Part shown: piece after piece, positions 40,470-52,623 of the stretch
Layout: the number at the start of each line of letters is the position of its first letter
Position numbering within the stretch: the first letter of the stretch is position 1
Assembly: GCA_951406725.2 (NCBI GenBank)
Contig: OX597818.1
Location: 70,432,001-70,496,000, forward strand
Reading direction: 5' to 3'
Origin: Octopus vulgaris
Taxonomy: Eukaryota
DNA length: 64,000 nt
Program-made: the position numbers and the translations under genes
Notes under the pieces: model-generated
Database searches by the model: none
What the model was told of the DNA's origin: nothing
The model's input: only the letters and a program-made list of their open reading frames with translations

Positions 40470-40547
40470 TATTATTATCATCATCATTATTATTGTTGTT
40501 GTTGTTGTTGTTGTTGTTACTATTATTATAATTATTGTTGTTGTTAC

Positions 40548-40608
<61 letters not shown>
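40403..40608. repeat. About 200-bp (ATT)n/(GTT)n microsatellite
   Basis: Direct inspection. Confidence 0.95.
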
Positions 40609-40872
40609 GCATCCTGCTATTACATTAGCAGTGAAGTTAGTTATCCATTAACAGATTGCTATGAGATTTCAAGCAAAAGTCAATGTTTTTGTCGATGATG
40701 AAGATAATTGTTATGAGGCAAAATAATTTACAAATACACAACAACAAACAGTTTCACAAACAACTTTTGTGCAACAAACAAACAACAATACGTAGCTAAA
40801 GGTTCCGTAGAATATTTACCAAAAGACACTTGGAATGATGTGGGTTAAGTAGTACGTCAACTTGCAAAGTTA

Positions 40873-41190
40873 TATCAGGTTGTAACAAAAGTTTTGTCCA
40901 ATTTTGAAATGAATTTAGGAAAACCTAACAATGATTGCAGATGTGTTTAATCATTAGGATAGATTCTTGATTGATTTTGGTAACGGTGTTTCATCATCTG
41001 CAAATTTGAGGTCGCAAAGTTTATAAGATTCCTCACGTTTTGACCCAAGATAAGAGATAAGCACATTTTTGACCTCTTGAAATAACATCTAAGTCGATCA
41101 GAATGGTTTTCTAAACACTTAAATAAGTGATGTCTAGAAGTAACAAGCTTGGAAGAATGTAGTGGATGAAGAATTTTTCCCAACCATGTT
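40873..41190 (-). mobile_element. Decayed mariner transposase 3' end with terminal repeat
   Basis: GKILHPLHSSKLVTSRHHLFKCLENH resembles WEILPHPPYSPDLAPSDYHLFRSLQN. The terminus TAtcaggttgtaacaaaagttttgtccaatttt is mariner-TIR-like. Confidence 0.7.
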
Positions 41191-42159
41191 CCTCTGGGAC
41201 ACCCTTAGTTCCCTGTGTGGTCTGAGATGTTCTGAACAAAAAAATCTTCTTCAGCATTTTTGTTGATTTTAGTCTAAAATTTTTTTTTTCTAAATATCAG
41301 AAGAGTCAAAAGAAGACCTCAGTTATGGCTGATTAACTATTATTGAAACATAATGGATAATTCTTTGCATATTCCAACATACAACAGTGAAATCTTTGCT
41401 CTTCAACTTGACACTTGTTTCCAGCAAAGAAGGAAGGATCCCTACAGGCATCCCCTTCATTCCCCCACCCCACCCACTGCATCAGCTCATAACATCACAC
41501 ACGCAGCATGATCTTCTTTAAATACCAGACCCACCCACCACAGCTTTCGGGTACATCTGTCACCACAACCGAATCACTGATGATGGCATTTAACATTCTC
41601 ACTCCCCCACCTAAAAGAACCTCATGTGGGGATAAAGTTGATGCAATGCTTCACAGGAATCGATTTGTTATTGGTGATTCTCTGCACAGAATGACTCATT
41701 TTTGGCAACTTTTGACACTTTTCCAAGTGTCTTTGTAAACACAGTCATATTGCTAACATTGAATTGTCCCCTAAGATCCTTAACTGTAATGCTGGAGTGT
41801 TGCCGCAACAACTCCGACCACTGTCTCCCAATCAACTACTCTTGCTTGACCTTCCTTTTGCTCATCCTTTACACTAAACTCCCTACTTGCCCTCACTTAT
41901 CCCATTGCACCTTATTATGGCCGCACTTGGCTTCACTCCTTTATAAAACTCATAAAATACAACATGATGAATGTGTCCCTTCAAGAATATTTTGAAAGTG
42001 AAAGTGGTACATCCCTTGTGTGGTCATCATATCAGATAGAAAGAGATTTTAATTAAATCTTCTTCAACAATTTTGGTTCAGAACTAGACAGAATTCCCTT
42101 ATAATGTATGAGTTCTTCCTGCCTGTTTGGTTGCTTTTCCATCCATTAGTAAACTACAT

Positions 42160-42325
42160 ATCGGAGACAGTCATTTTCTTTAAGTGCCTTGTTATTTAAT
42201 ACACTCACCAGTAAAGTTTCCATTCATTTACTATTTTATTTTTCCTAAAGTTTTCAACACAACAGAATATGCTTCAACATATGAACTCACATAAAGAATC
42301 TTGCAAACCAAATCCAAAAACCACA
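42160..42325. mobile_element. Copy of the 35861-36180 fold-back family with the hairpin centre deleted
   Basis: The left-arm homolog (agtcattttctttaagtgccttgttatttaatacactcaccagtaaagtttcca...cctaaagttttc) is joined directly to the tail acacaacagaatatgcttcaac...gaatcttgcaaaccaaatccaaaa. Confidence 0.8.
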
Positions 42326-43465
42326 TATATATATACACACACACACACATAGTTGTGTGAATGTATGTGTGTGTAAGTGTGTGTGTGTGTGTGTATAAAG
42401 CACACATATACACATACACTGTGTCAGAAAAGGAATTTATGTTTACCAACTGTAGTTTTTCATGTCCCCTAAATTATTAGTATCATCATCATCATCGCTG
42501 TCATCATAACACTGGTGATGTTGATCAATAGAGTGTTCAACCTTTTTTTGCTGATTGGTCAAGCATCAAAATATGGATCTTCAGAATATATTTAGCTGCA
42601 ACATAAACTTTGTTTCCCTCCCTCTCTGCATCCTGAATTTTACTTACTTAGAAAACCATCTTCAATTGCAGTTAATTCCTTCAATATCTTACACGAGTCA
42701 ACAGTAAATTAAATTCTTGGAGGAGAAGAAATGAGAGCAATTCTCTTCAAATACTTTATAATAATGTAAAAGAACCCACTTGTGTGCTGCTGCTGAGCAA
42801 ATAACAGCGAAATTCTTAGAAATAAAAGTTTAACAATGTTTTTGTTGTAGGAAAGTAATTTAAAAAAAAAAAAGGTGAAAGAAAGACGAATAGTTTTCCG
42901 ATATTTTATCATCCTGTCCACCCACCCCCCACCCCCGACTGAAATAATAATAACAACAGTAATAATGATGCTAATGATGATAATAACAATAATAAATAGT
43001 AGTAACAACAAATAAATGAATAAAATCAAATAGATAAATTTAAAAGCCACCCACCCAGCTCCTCCAGGTGAATGTGAGGCGCATTAGTTTTCAGACAGAA
43101 AATTCCTTGGTTGTGCCTAATTTTCTAAAATTGAACCAAACATTAGTATTCGTGCTGATGCTGTGACATCTGACACAGAATTAATTCTCTTGCTAAATTG
43201 AAATCGAGATTTCCAACTTAACATTTAACTTTCACACTTTCATTAACATTGAAAGCAAAGGAAACAACCTTCCTCTCTACCTCTCTCTCTACCTCTCTCG
43301 CTCTCTTCCTTTCCATCTCTCTCCCTCAACCTCTCTTTTCCTAGTTCACCTTCTCTGTCTCTCAACAACTCTCCAGCTCTCAAACCTTTCTCTCATTTCC
43401 ATTTCTGTCTACCTCTCTCTTTCCCTCTCTCTCCATTCACTGAAAACTGATCAAAACTAACCCTT

Positions 43466-43521
<56 letters not shown>

Positions 43522-44637
43522 AACCTTCTCTTCATTTCAGCTCCTACTGAAAAAAATGTTATTCTCACTAGAACTCTCTATACCACATTTCATTTTTTCT
43601 TTTTTTTTTTCCCTCTTTCTTTCTCTCTTTTGTTTGTTTGTGAAAGACTATGCTGTATTAACAGAACCTGTTGGAATAAAAGAACCACTTTAATAGACTG
43701 GAATAAATGGTCTAATCTAGACCAATGGCAAGGATGACCACATCAGCTCTTTCTTAATGAAATCCATTTTATATTTTAAGCTTTATTTTTCTAATTTATT
43801 TCTCGTCTTCTTTTGACAAGTTTCTCTGACTCCCTCACTTACTTCACCTCTCTATCATCACCACCATCATCATTATTACTGTAGATACCATTATTACTAC
43901 TGCCTTGCCATTGTTACCACTACTACTACTACTGTCTGAACCAATGAGGGAGTCAATCAGCCTGCTAAAAGAAGTAACTTAATCTTCCTCAAATCACACC
44001 TTATAATCTAAAATGCAAAAACACTTTTTGGACAATGTTGACCAAGATATACAAAATTAAATAGAGATAGTCATGGTTAGAATGTCTTCAGACAGCTATC
44101 TACTTAGAGATGACTTGAAGTCAAATCCTTCCTCCCACCACTACTCCCATAATACTGTTATCATCATTACTGCATACCACCACAGCCACCACCACCACAG
44201 CTATACTGATGCATATCTAGTAACCATTGGCCAATGTCCCCTTCATTCTTTAAGATTGTGGAATGTGATGCAAGCAGATTTGGTTGCTATTTTTAGCAAG
44301 CAGAATGACCAAGTAGAGACTTTCCCTTTTTCTTAACTATTTTGAGCCGGTTAAATGACCTGGTGAAGCCATTTTCATTGAGCCATGTGGTCTTTGTTGA
44401 TCACGTCCGCTATTCTGTCTGTTGCTCTTCTTTGATTATTCTATTTCAAAGTTCCAACTCTTTCCCAGAACATCTCAACCAACTTTCGCTGAACTTCCCA
44501 TTTCCAGTTGTTGATTACGGAGAGTCTGAGCAAATTCCACAACCTATTCTCAGTTCACTTGTCAATTCTTATTCAACCAGTCCTTGCACATATTCATTTC
44601 TTTATTTGTTGTTCTCCCAAGTTGGCATGGGTCAGAA

Positions 44638-44794
44638 CAAGGGTCTCCAAAGTGGTTGATATTAACCCCTGGAGGTTGATAAATGCAAATATACTTATTA
44701 TTATTTATTTATTTTCTTGTATATGCCTGGGGGACAATGAGACATCAAGGATTCCATGATGGTGTCGATGGTCTAAAAAGTTTGGGAACCCCTG
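44638..44794. mobile_element. hAT-type MITE (157 bp)
   Basis: Ends caagggtctccaaa / tttgggaacccctg (CAGGGGTTCCCAAA-type TIR). The 8-bp flanks ggtcagaa / ggttagac match at 6 of 8 positions. Confidence 0.7.
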
Positions 44795-44951
44795 GGTTAG
44801 ACAGAAATTCTTTTGTAGAGTTATTGTTTTACAGTCGGAGGCTTTTCTTGTTGCTAACCCTTACCTGGTTTTCAAATAAGGCACATTCAATTTGAAAGCC
44901 AAGAAACACAAACACATTCATAAATACATGCATGTGTAAATGTGTGTGTGA

Positions 44952-44989
<38 letters not shown>

Positions 44990-45489
44990 ACGCTGTATAT
45001 ACATACATCACAGTATCAACCAGACCATCAGATGCTACTGTACACAGCTGATCACAGTGCCCTTCCAATTTTGTTTTTATTGTGCCATTCTTATCCATCT
45101 TGACCTAAATTGCTTGACTAGATCATCTCATTGTCATGGAGGCCTTCCAAATGGCCTTTCCAAACTCTTGGATACCATGGGGAGGCTCCACAGCTCCACC
45201 TGTTGTCTGTGATCCTCAGTGGAATTCCTGCTTTCGGTATTCTGCAATCACATCATTCACTTCATTCTCAAATTGTTTCCTTTTGAACATGCTCTCATAA
45301 TATTATTCTTAGCATGGATCTTTCCATAACCCTTTACATCTTAACCAATCAATGTCCTACCTTCTCCATAGTAGTCCACGTCTCACAAGCATATCAGAAT
45401 GCAGGGAGAATGGTATTATTGGGGAGTCTGGCATCTAGGGTATTCTCTAGCATTTCTTTAGCACATTTTTTATTGACTTAAATGCCTTC

Positions 45490-45521
<32 letters not shown>

Positions 45522-45535
<14 letters not shown>

Positions 45536-45731
45536 ATTGAGGTAATCAGATCAGATGGTTCATATTTGTAGATATTTATTTATATATTACATTTTTTACA
45601 TATATATCATATCATTCGGATTAGCGCTTGCTCCCATTCTAGTGGGTTTTCAAATCAAATCAGTTGTGGGTAGTTTGAACCTTTTTATAGTTTCGTAGTA
45701 GTGGGTGAGGAGGAAGTGAGACAGAGAGAAA

Positions 45732-45802
<71 letters not shown>

Positions 45803-46015
45803 TGTGTGTGCGCATTTATATCTGAGAGTGAAGAAGTGTTATTTCCGTTGGTCTGCTGGACCCCCTGTGGTTTTATAAGAACTTTGGCTGTCCATTTCAA
45901 TGTCACTGAGTGTGTGTTGTGCATAGGTTGGCCTGGCAAATGTCATTTGGGGTCACACTTTCTATGATCATTCTGTGGAGGTGTGTGTGTGTGTGTCTCT
46001 GTGTGTCTGTGTGTG

Positions 46016-46073
<58 letters not shown>

Positions 46074-46886
46074 TGTGTGTGTCTGTGTGTTTGGAGAAGG
46101 GGAGAGAGACAAAAAGAGAAAAGGGAAAATAAAAATAATAATAATAAAAATAAAAAATTAAAAAATTAAAAAAATAAAATAAAATAAAAACAAAAAATAA
46201 AAAATAAAATAAAAAAATATAAAGAATAAATAAAAATATAAAGAATAAAAAATAAAAAAATAAAAATAAAAATAAAAATAAAAATTAAAATAAGGGAGGA
46301 AGTGGAGAAGAAAAAATATTTTTGTGTGTTGATATTTATACCAACACATATATATACACACACACAGACTTATACATAAAATATTTGAAAAAGCCTTTTT
46401 ATTGGTTCAAAATGAACAACCAAATTATACCATCTTGAAAGTTGTATGTCATAGGAAAGTTAAAATTAAAGTGACAATTAAAGGGTAAAGATGGAAGTGA
46501 ATTATAAAGATAATAATATAATATGATGTATATAACAGGCAATACACACATCTACACACACACAGATTTTTCCTTCAATGTATGTTGAGTAAAGTTTCAG
46601 CCATTTAATTTGGGGGAGAACTTATCTATGAAATGTTTTTCCATATTCCTCCTGAAGGGGGTGTCATTCTTCGGACACTTGTAGAAGGGAAATATCTTAA
46701 ATTTTCCTTCTCCACATGTAGCTAGGTGTGTGCTTAGTGGTATTTTGCGTAGTTCTTCCTGCCGAATATGTTGTCGGTGGATCCTGGCTCGCTGGCACAA
46801 AGAATTACCAGTTTCTCCTACGTAATTTTCCTTGCATGTGGGGCAGGTTATGCAGTATATGACGTTCTTCACTCTCAGATATAAAT

Positions 46887-46978
<92 letters not shown>

Positions 46979-47217
46979 TTTCTCTCTGTCTCACTTCCTC
47001 CTCACCCACTACTACGAAACTATAAAAAGGTTCAAACTACCCACAACTGATTTGATTTGAAAACCCACTAGAATGGGAGCAAGCGCTAATCCGAATGATA
47101 TGATATATATGTAAAAAATGTAATATATAAATAAATATCTACAAATATGAACCATCTGATCTGATTACCTCAATTTTTCTAATATATAATACCTGTACAT
47201 CATCTCCAAACCTTCCG
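45522..47217 (-). mobile_element. 5'-truncated Penelope-like element with inverted pseudo-LTR
   Basis: Arms 45522-45835 and 46865-47188 are reverse complements, differing only within the (CA)n tract as far as I can see. A GIY-YIG fragment and 3' UTR lie between them, a tail of about 29 bp spans 47189-47217, and both ends run into (TA)n. Confidence 0.88.
46597..46872 (-). pseudogene. PLE C-terminal GIY-YIG endonuclease fragment (uninterrupted frame, no start)
   Basis: VKNVIYCITCPTCKENYVGETGNSLCQRARIHRQHIR...STHLATC...RRNMEKHFIDKFSPKLNG* shows GIY-YIG motifs with an intervening CxxC, conserved Arg, His, Glu and a terminal LN. Confidence 0.9.
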
Positions 47218-49356
47218 ATATATATATATATATATACACATGCACACACACATACACAGTGCTTCCCTGCAGATTCTGTTTGCCAAATTCACTCACAAGG
47301 CTTTGGTTAGCCCTGGGTTCTAGTTGCAGATATTTGCTCAAAGTGCACCCAGTGGGACTGAAGCTGGAACTGCTCAGCTGTGCTTGCAGAGCTTTGTGTT
47401 TGCAAAAATCTTGTTCTAAACACAATAGAATCTTACTTTACATGCATACATACACACACACACACACACACATATAGGGACGGATAGATAGATAGACAGA
47501 TGGACAGACAGACCGACAGATAGACAGATAGACAAACAGACAAATACATGTATATTAGTATCCGTATGTATACATACACACACATACTCCCACATATACC
47601 CATTGGGCTTCTACACAGTTTCCCTCTTCCAAATTTCTGTTACAAACCTTTAGAGAACCGCAAATGTTTGTCAGAAGACCACTGCCCAAAGTGTCAAACA
47701 CAAACACTAGGATCAAATGGTTGTGAAGTGACCACATGACTATTTCTGCATCTTCTAACAATGTCCTTAAGATCCAAGCTTGAAACTTTCCATTCATTCA
47801 TCATCGTTTCATATCTGTTTCCAAAGCTGTCTTGAGTTGGACAGATTTTTTATGATCTGAGACAGTTTTTATTCAGAGTCACAGCTTTTTTCGCCAGGTC
47901 AGAGGACCAGATCTCACTTGATCACCTCAGTTTTGGTTTCTACAACTGGATAACTTTTCCTGACCCCAACCACTCAACAGAATGTTCTGGATGCAGTTTA
48001 CCCTGATCCCAGCCCTTTACCAGGTTATTAAAAAGGTGTCTATCACCTGAGTCAATAAGATATTCATCTATGAATTAAACATTGTCACTTTATATCTTGT
48101 CACCTTAGTCTCACTGTAGCCTTGTTGCAAACATTTAGTTTTCAAGGAATGTGTTCCCATGGCTGTTTTTTTGTATAACTTCTTTTTGTGAGGGAATCTT
48201 GCAAAAATAGATGATAAAATAATCTTGTAGAAAAGATCAAAGGAATATGGAAGCCACCCTATGAGGAGAAGCAAGCATTAAATTGAAAAACTTCTCATCT
48301 GAAAAACTGAATTTAGCTCTGCCAAATATTAAACTTTTCAGTTTTTTTTCCTGTTAATGATTTGTGATATTTCATTTTTGTATTTAGTTTGTAAAATTCT
48401 CAAAGTGAAATAATGTGTTGAAACAAATGTAGTTGTATCTTGGGGCAATCATTTTTGCCAATTAGAAACCCATATTGATTTGGTTTTGTTTCTTTTAATT
48501 CTTATTAATTAACAATTTACCTAATCTCCTCATTGAATTGTTTTGACCAACCAGTCAACTGGTTGGTCAGAGTCCTTTTGTCATCATTCACATCCTTATC
48601 AATGACAATCCCTCATTACTCTAAATCTATCTTATTCATGAATCTCCTTTAACACATTTAATTCCAGCTACCTGAGACCCCTTCAGTTTCTCTCATGCAA
48701 ACCATCCAGTCGAAAGAGTTAATATTTAAATTAAAGCCTTCCATAGTAATATTATGTACGGATAATTTGTGATGCAACAAACGCCAGCTTAATAAGGACA
48801 ACATTAGTTACTTTACCAAATTCCTCCATATTCTTGCTTATTTTAAAAAGGAACTCGCCCACAAGGGCAACATTGATTCATGAGAAACAGGGTGACACCA
48901 GGTTAATCTGTTATAACTCTCTAGCCTTGTCTCTTTTGTGTCAACTGTTGCAATCCCGGTCTTTGATATCTAACCATTATATCTCTTTAAACAACTCTTT
49001 TCTCTCTTTCACATTCACATGGAACCTGCAGTTAATCAAATACAGTTTATTCTTGTCCGGCATTTGTTTATCTTCAACAATTACCCAATAAAACAAAACA
49101 ATAAATAGGGTGTGCAACATCAATAAAACAGTGTTTGATTATTTCATGTGAAAGCATCAGAAATATTTGAGAATAATTCAAGCTGTAATGTTGTTAGGTT
49201 TAATTATCAATTTTATCAGAAACAAAACGAGATGAAAACAAAATTCTTGCTTTATAAGGTTCAATAACATTATTGGTTAAATCTCTCTGAAGGTGTTGCC
49301 AGATCTGTTAAAATATTTCTATGCATTACTACTGAACATTTCCTCACTTATTATTA

Positions 49357-49392
<36 letters not shown>

Positions 49393-49394
49393 GA

Positions 49395-49600
49395 AAGGTA
49401 GCAAGCTGGCAAAATCATTAATGCACTGGAAAAAAAATGCTTAGTGGCATTTTGTCCTTCTTTACATCCTGAGTTCAAATTCTGCCAAGGTCTACTTTGC
49501 CCCTTATCCTTTCTGGGTCAATAAAATAAGTACCAGTTATGCTCTGGGATTGATGTAATCAACTAGCCCCCTTCCACAAAATTTCAAGCTTTGTTCATAC
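49395..49600 (+). mobile_element. Meta-type SINE within (ATT)n
   Basis: ggtagcaagctggcaaaatc...gagttcaaattctgcc...ataaaataagtaccagt. Confidence 0.75.
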
Positions 49601-49637
49601 AGCACAAAAGTATTATTATTATTATTGTTATCATGTG

Positions 49638-49930
49638 ATGAAATCTCACAACTTATTTTGCTTGGAATGATGGAAAGTGTCAGCTGTCCACAGCCAGCAG
49701 ACTAAGGTAACAATTGTTTTCTGGTCAAGCTTCAAGAACCCTGCAAAGAATTCTTGCAGTTCCAAGCAAGGCTGATTTTTGTAGGTGTTCTACCTTCACA
49801 CTTGTATCAATCTTTTTCAGTCATGCTGGTAGTTGAGTGCTGATACTTCCAACTGCACCAATCACTATTAGTACCATGTCTACTCTCCTCATTGGCCACA
49901 ACTTTCGTTTGTATTTCCCACTTTAAATCA
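49638..49930 (-). mobile_element. RLE-LINE 3' end (family A, copy 1)
   Basis: The minus strand encodes DDLKWEI...EHLQKSALLGTARILCRVLEA* followed by a short 3' UTR. Flanked by (TTA)n. Confidence 0.75.
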
Positions 49931-51352
49931 TCCTATTATTATTATTATTATTGTTGTTGTTATTGTTATTATTATTAAGGCAGCAAGCTGGGATAAACAA
50001 TTAGCTGCATTTCTTTCTGACTTTACGTTCTGAGTTCAAATTCCACTGGGGTCAGCTTTGCCTTTCATCCTTCCAAGGTCTTGTTTATGGTGTGTGGTGT
50101 TGGTGGTGGCAGTGCCATGGGGCTCCAATGATGACACTAGTGGAGAAGCATCTTGCTTGTTAATCCTGTTAAAATATTTCATGGGAGCAATACAAGCTAA
50201 TAATACAAAGCTCATATTGTCTTAGTAATAAAGTGTATTGCAATACGAAACCTGTTTTACAGCTACATGGACTGGGCCGCCAAGAGTTGAGTGAATCAGA
50301 ACCCAGTATCACCATCCAAGAATACAAACTGTATGGCTATGTGTGTGCATGTGTGTGTGTGTGTGTGTGTATGGGTGCATGTATATCTTTCTATCTGCTT
50401 ATGTTTACATCAGTGTTACTGTTTATGTTACATCCCTTTATGCTCCCTAATTTAGCAGTTCAACAAACAGATTGAAAAATAGGGTCCTAGTTGAAATTAG
50501 TACTGGGGCCAACGTAACTGACTAAGCCCTTGAAATAGTGCTTCAGCATCTCCTCAGGGGAACAACAAGGGATCAAGGCCTTTGGCCAATTTGCTGTGCT
50601 TGAAAAGACTGGTCAAGCCAAGTAAAATTGTAACCATGCATACTCCAATGTACAGCTCAAATAATAAGAAGCAATTAGTATTGACGTTGACATTATTTTG
50701 TAAAAATAGTTAAAAGTAAACAAGGCCGGATTTTAATTTAATATCTGGAAGCCAGCATTGAGGTGTGTCTTTTGACAAACGACTTCTTTTTTCTACCTCT
50801 CTTAGTATGAAGATGAAACATTGTGTTGTGTGATAACATATTTTAGCTACGAGACCTGAGAAATGAAACAATTTACTTGACAAACAATCGTAAACTATAT
50901 AGAAGAATAAAAACTATAAACGTGAACAATATTTTCCTAATGTCATTAATCATTAAATATACAAATATCAATTAAATTTTTGTGTGTGTTTTTTGTCCTT
51001 CAATTTTTTGATTTTGATTTTCTTTCTGAAAACGTGTCTGAACTTTTTGCAATGGAAAATGGCATTATGTTATGGGTAGCTGTTTTGTTGACTAATGAGT
51101 AATGAAAATAAAAGTTCAAGGGATTTATAACTTTACAATATTTCCAGCTCAGATATTTTAGCAAGTGAATTAAATAAAAGACTAACATTGTTGTTTATAT
51201 TTCTCAGGCTCTCTCCTCCCACTCTCCTCCCTCTCTCTTCCCACTCTCCTCCCACTCTGGCATGGTTTAAACTTTATGACTTTTCACAGGTTATATTTTA
51301 TTGGATTATATTGCTATATTCACTCAATTTTTTTAATTATTATTGTTATTAT

Positions 51353-51631
51353 ATGAAAGCTTTCAGCTTATTTTGCTTGGTATGGATGGAAAGTGTCAGC
51401 TGTCCACAGCCAGCAGACTAAGGTGATACTTGTTTGCTGGTCATGCTTCAAGAACCCTGTGAAGAATTCTGGCAGTTCCAAGCAATGCTAATTTTTGTAG
51501 GTGATCTACTTTTACACTTGTACCAGTCTTTTTGGTAGTTGAGTTCTGATACTTCCATGTGCACCAGTTACCATTGGTATCATGGCTACACTCCTCATTG
51601 ACCATAATCTTCATATTTCCCACTTCAAATC
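51353..51631 (-). mobile_element. RLE-LINE 3' end (family A, copy 2)
   Basis: VDHLQKLALLGTARILHRVLEA*, colinear with 49638-49930. Confidence 0.75.
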
Positions 51632-51739
51632 GTTGTAGTTGTTCAGTTTTTCTTCTTCCTCTTTCTCTTTGATCCTGTTGTCACTGGGATATGCTTTTAT
51701 TATTCTTTAAGACGTCACACAGTATCCAATATCGTGATG

Positions 51740-52110
51740 TTGTTGATTGTTGATTGTTGTGTCTACTGGGGGTTTCTACTGTCTGTCAAATCACAAGGAC
51801 CTCAGACAGTATTTCACGCAATATGCATACAGTTTCAAATATTGCTGACTTTTGCAGTATACCTGGTTTGTAGGGTATTTCTAACGTTTCCAGATGTTTC
51901 TTCAGCTTGGGTGGTATTGAACCCAATTCTCCGATGACAATAGAGATAACCTTTATGTTTGACTCTCGTAGCTGCCAGGTTTTGGCGATCTCAATTCTCA
52001 GGTCTCCATATTTATCAACTTTTTCTCTTTCTTTCCTAAAAGTTACCATATCCAGCCTTCGGTGCTCTAAAACCTTGTCTGGAAACCAAAGTCCCACCTG
52101 GAAGTCAAAG
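51740..52110 (-). mobile_element. RLE-LINE 3' end (family B)
   Basis: DKVLEHRRLDMV...KEREKVDKYGDLRIEIAKTW...ISIVIGELGSIP...LQKSAIFET, an RLE domain with an internal deletion. Confidence 0.8.
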
Positions 52111-52126
52111 TTATTATTATTATTAT

Positions 52127-52415
52127 TCTATGTTTGACTTTTGCTTTATATTTGTACAAGTTGGCTCCAAGTCTCACCCAGAGACCTCAAGAGACAACAG
52201 GTTGGAAGTTCATGTTGTTGTTATGCCTAGTATGCCATATACTTGGGGTTTTTTGGTGTTGTACTAGTGAATGTCTAAAAAAAAAAAAACGAAAATTATG
52301 ATTGTTTTAAACCCTGAGATTACATAGAAAGTATTTTGCGTAGGATATGAGCAGTTCCCATGAGCACTATCTTTTGAATTTCTGCCATTTTGGGGTTTCC
52401 TGGTATCTGAGTTAG
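52127..52415 (-). mobile_element. RLE-LINE 3' end (family C)
   Basis: The minus strand encodes LTQIPGNPKMAEIQKIVLMGTAHILRKILSM*, and the 3' UTR ends in (TAA)n. Confidence 0.75.
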
Positions 52416-52600
52416 GGAGCGGGCATGGCTGTGTGGTTAGGGAGCTTGCTTCTTAGCTACATGGTTTCGGGTTCAGTCCCACTGCGTGGCACTTTGGGTA
52501 GGTGTCTTCCGCTATAGCCCCGAGCCGACCGAAGCTTTGTGATTGAATTCGGCAAGTGGAAGTTACTGCCGTGTGTGTATATGTGCGTGTAGGTGCTTGT
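52415..52600 (+). mobile_element. tRNA-derived SINE 5' half, CpG-rich (relatively young)
   Basis: gggcatggctgtgtggttagggagcttgcttc...tcgggttcagtcccactgcgtggcactttggg. Confidence 0.8.
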
Positions 52601-52623
52601 GCCTCTCCGAAAGAGAGAGAGGG

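Noticed and set aside
46125-46295. A-rich tract as a retrocopy poly(A) tail
   Set aside because: It is an (AAAAT/AAAAAT)n low-complexity region inside the PLE 3' UTR and is T-rich on the element's sense strand.
46873-46974. N-terminal VCVC extension of the GIY-YIG ORF
   Set aside because: It derives from the (TG)n of the inverted arm and is not part of the protein.
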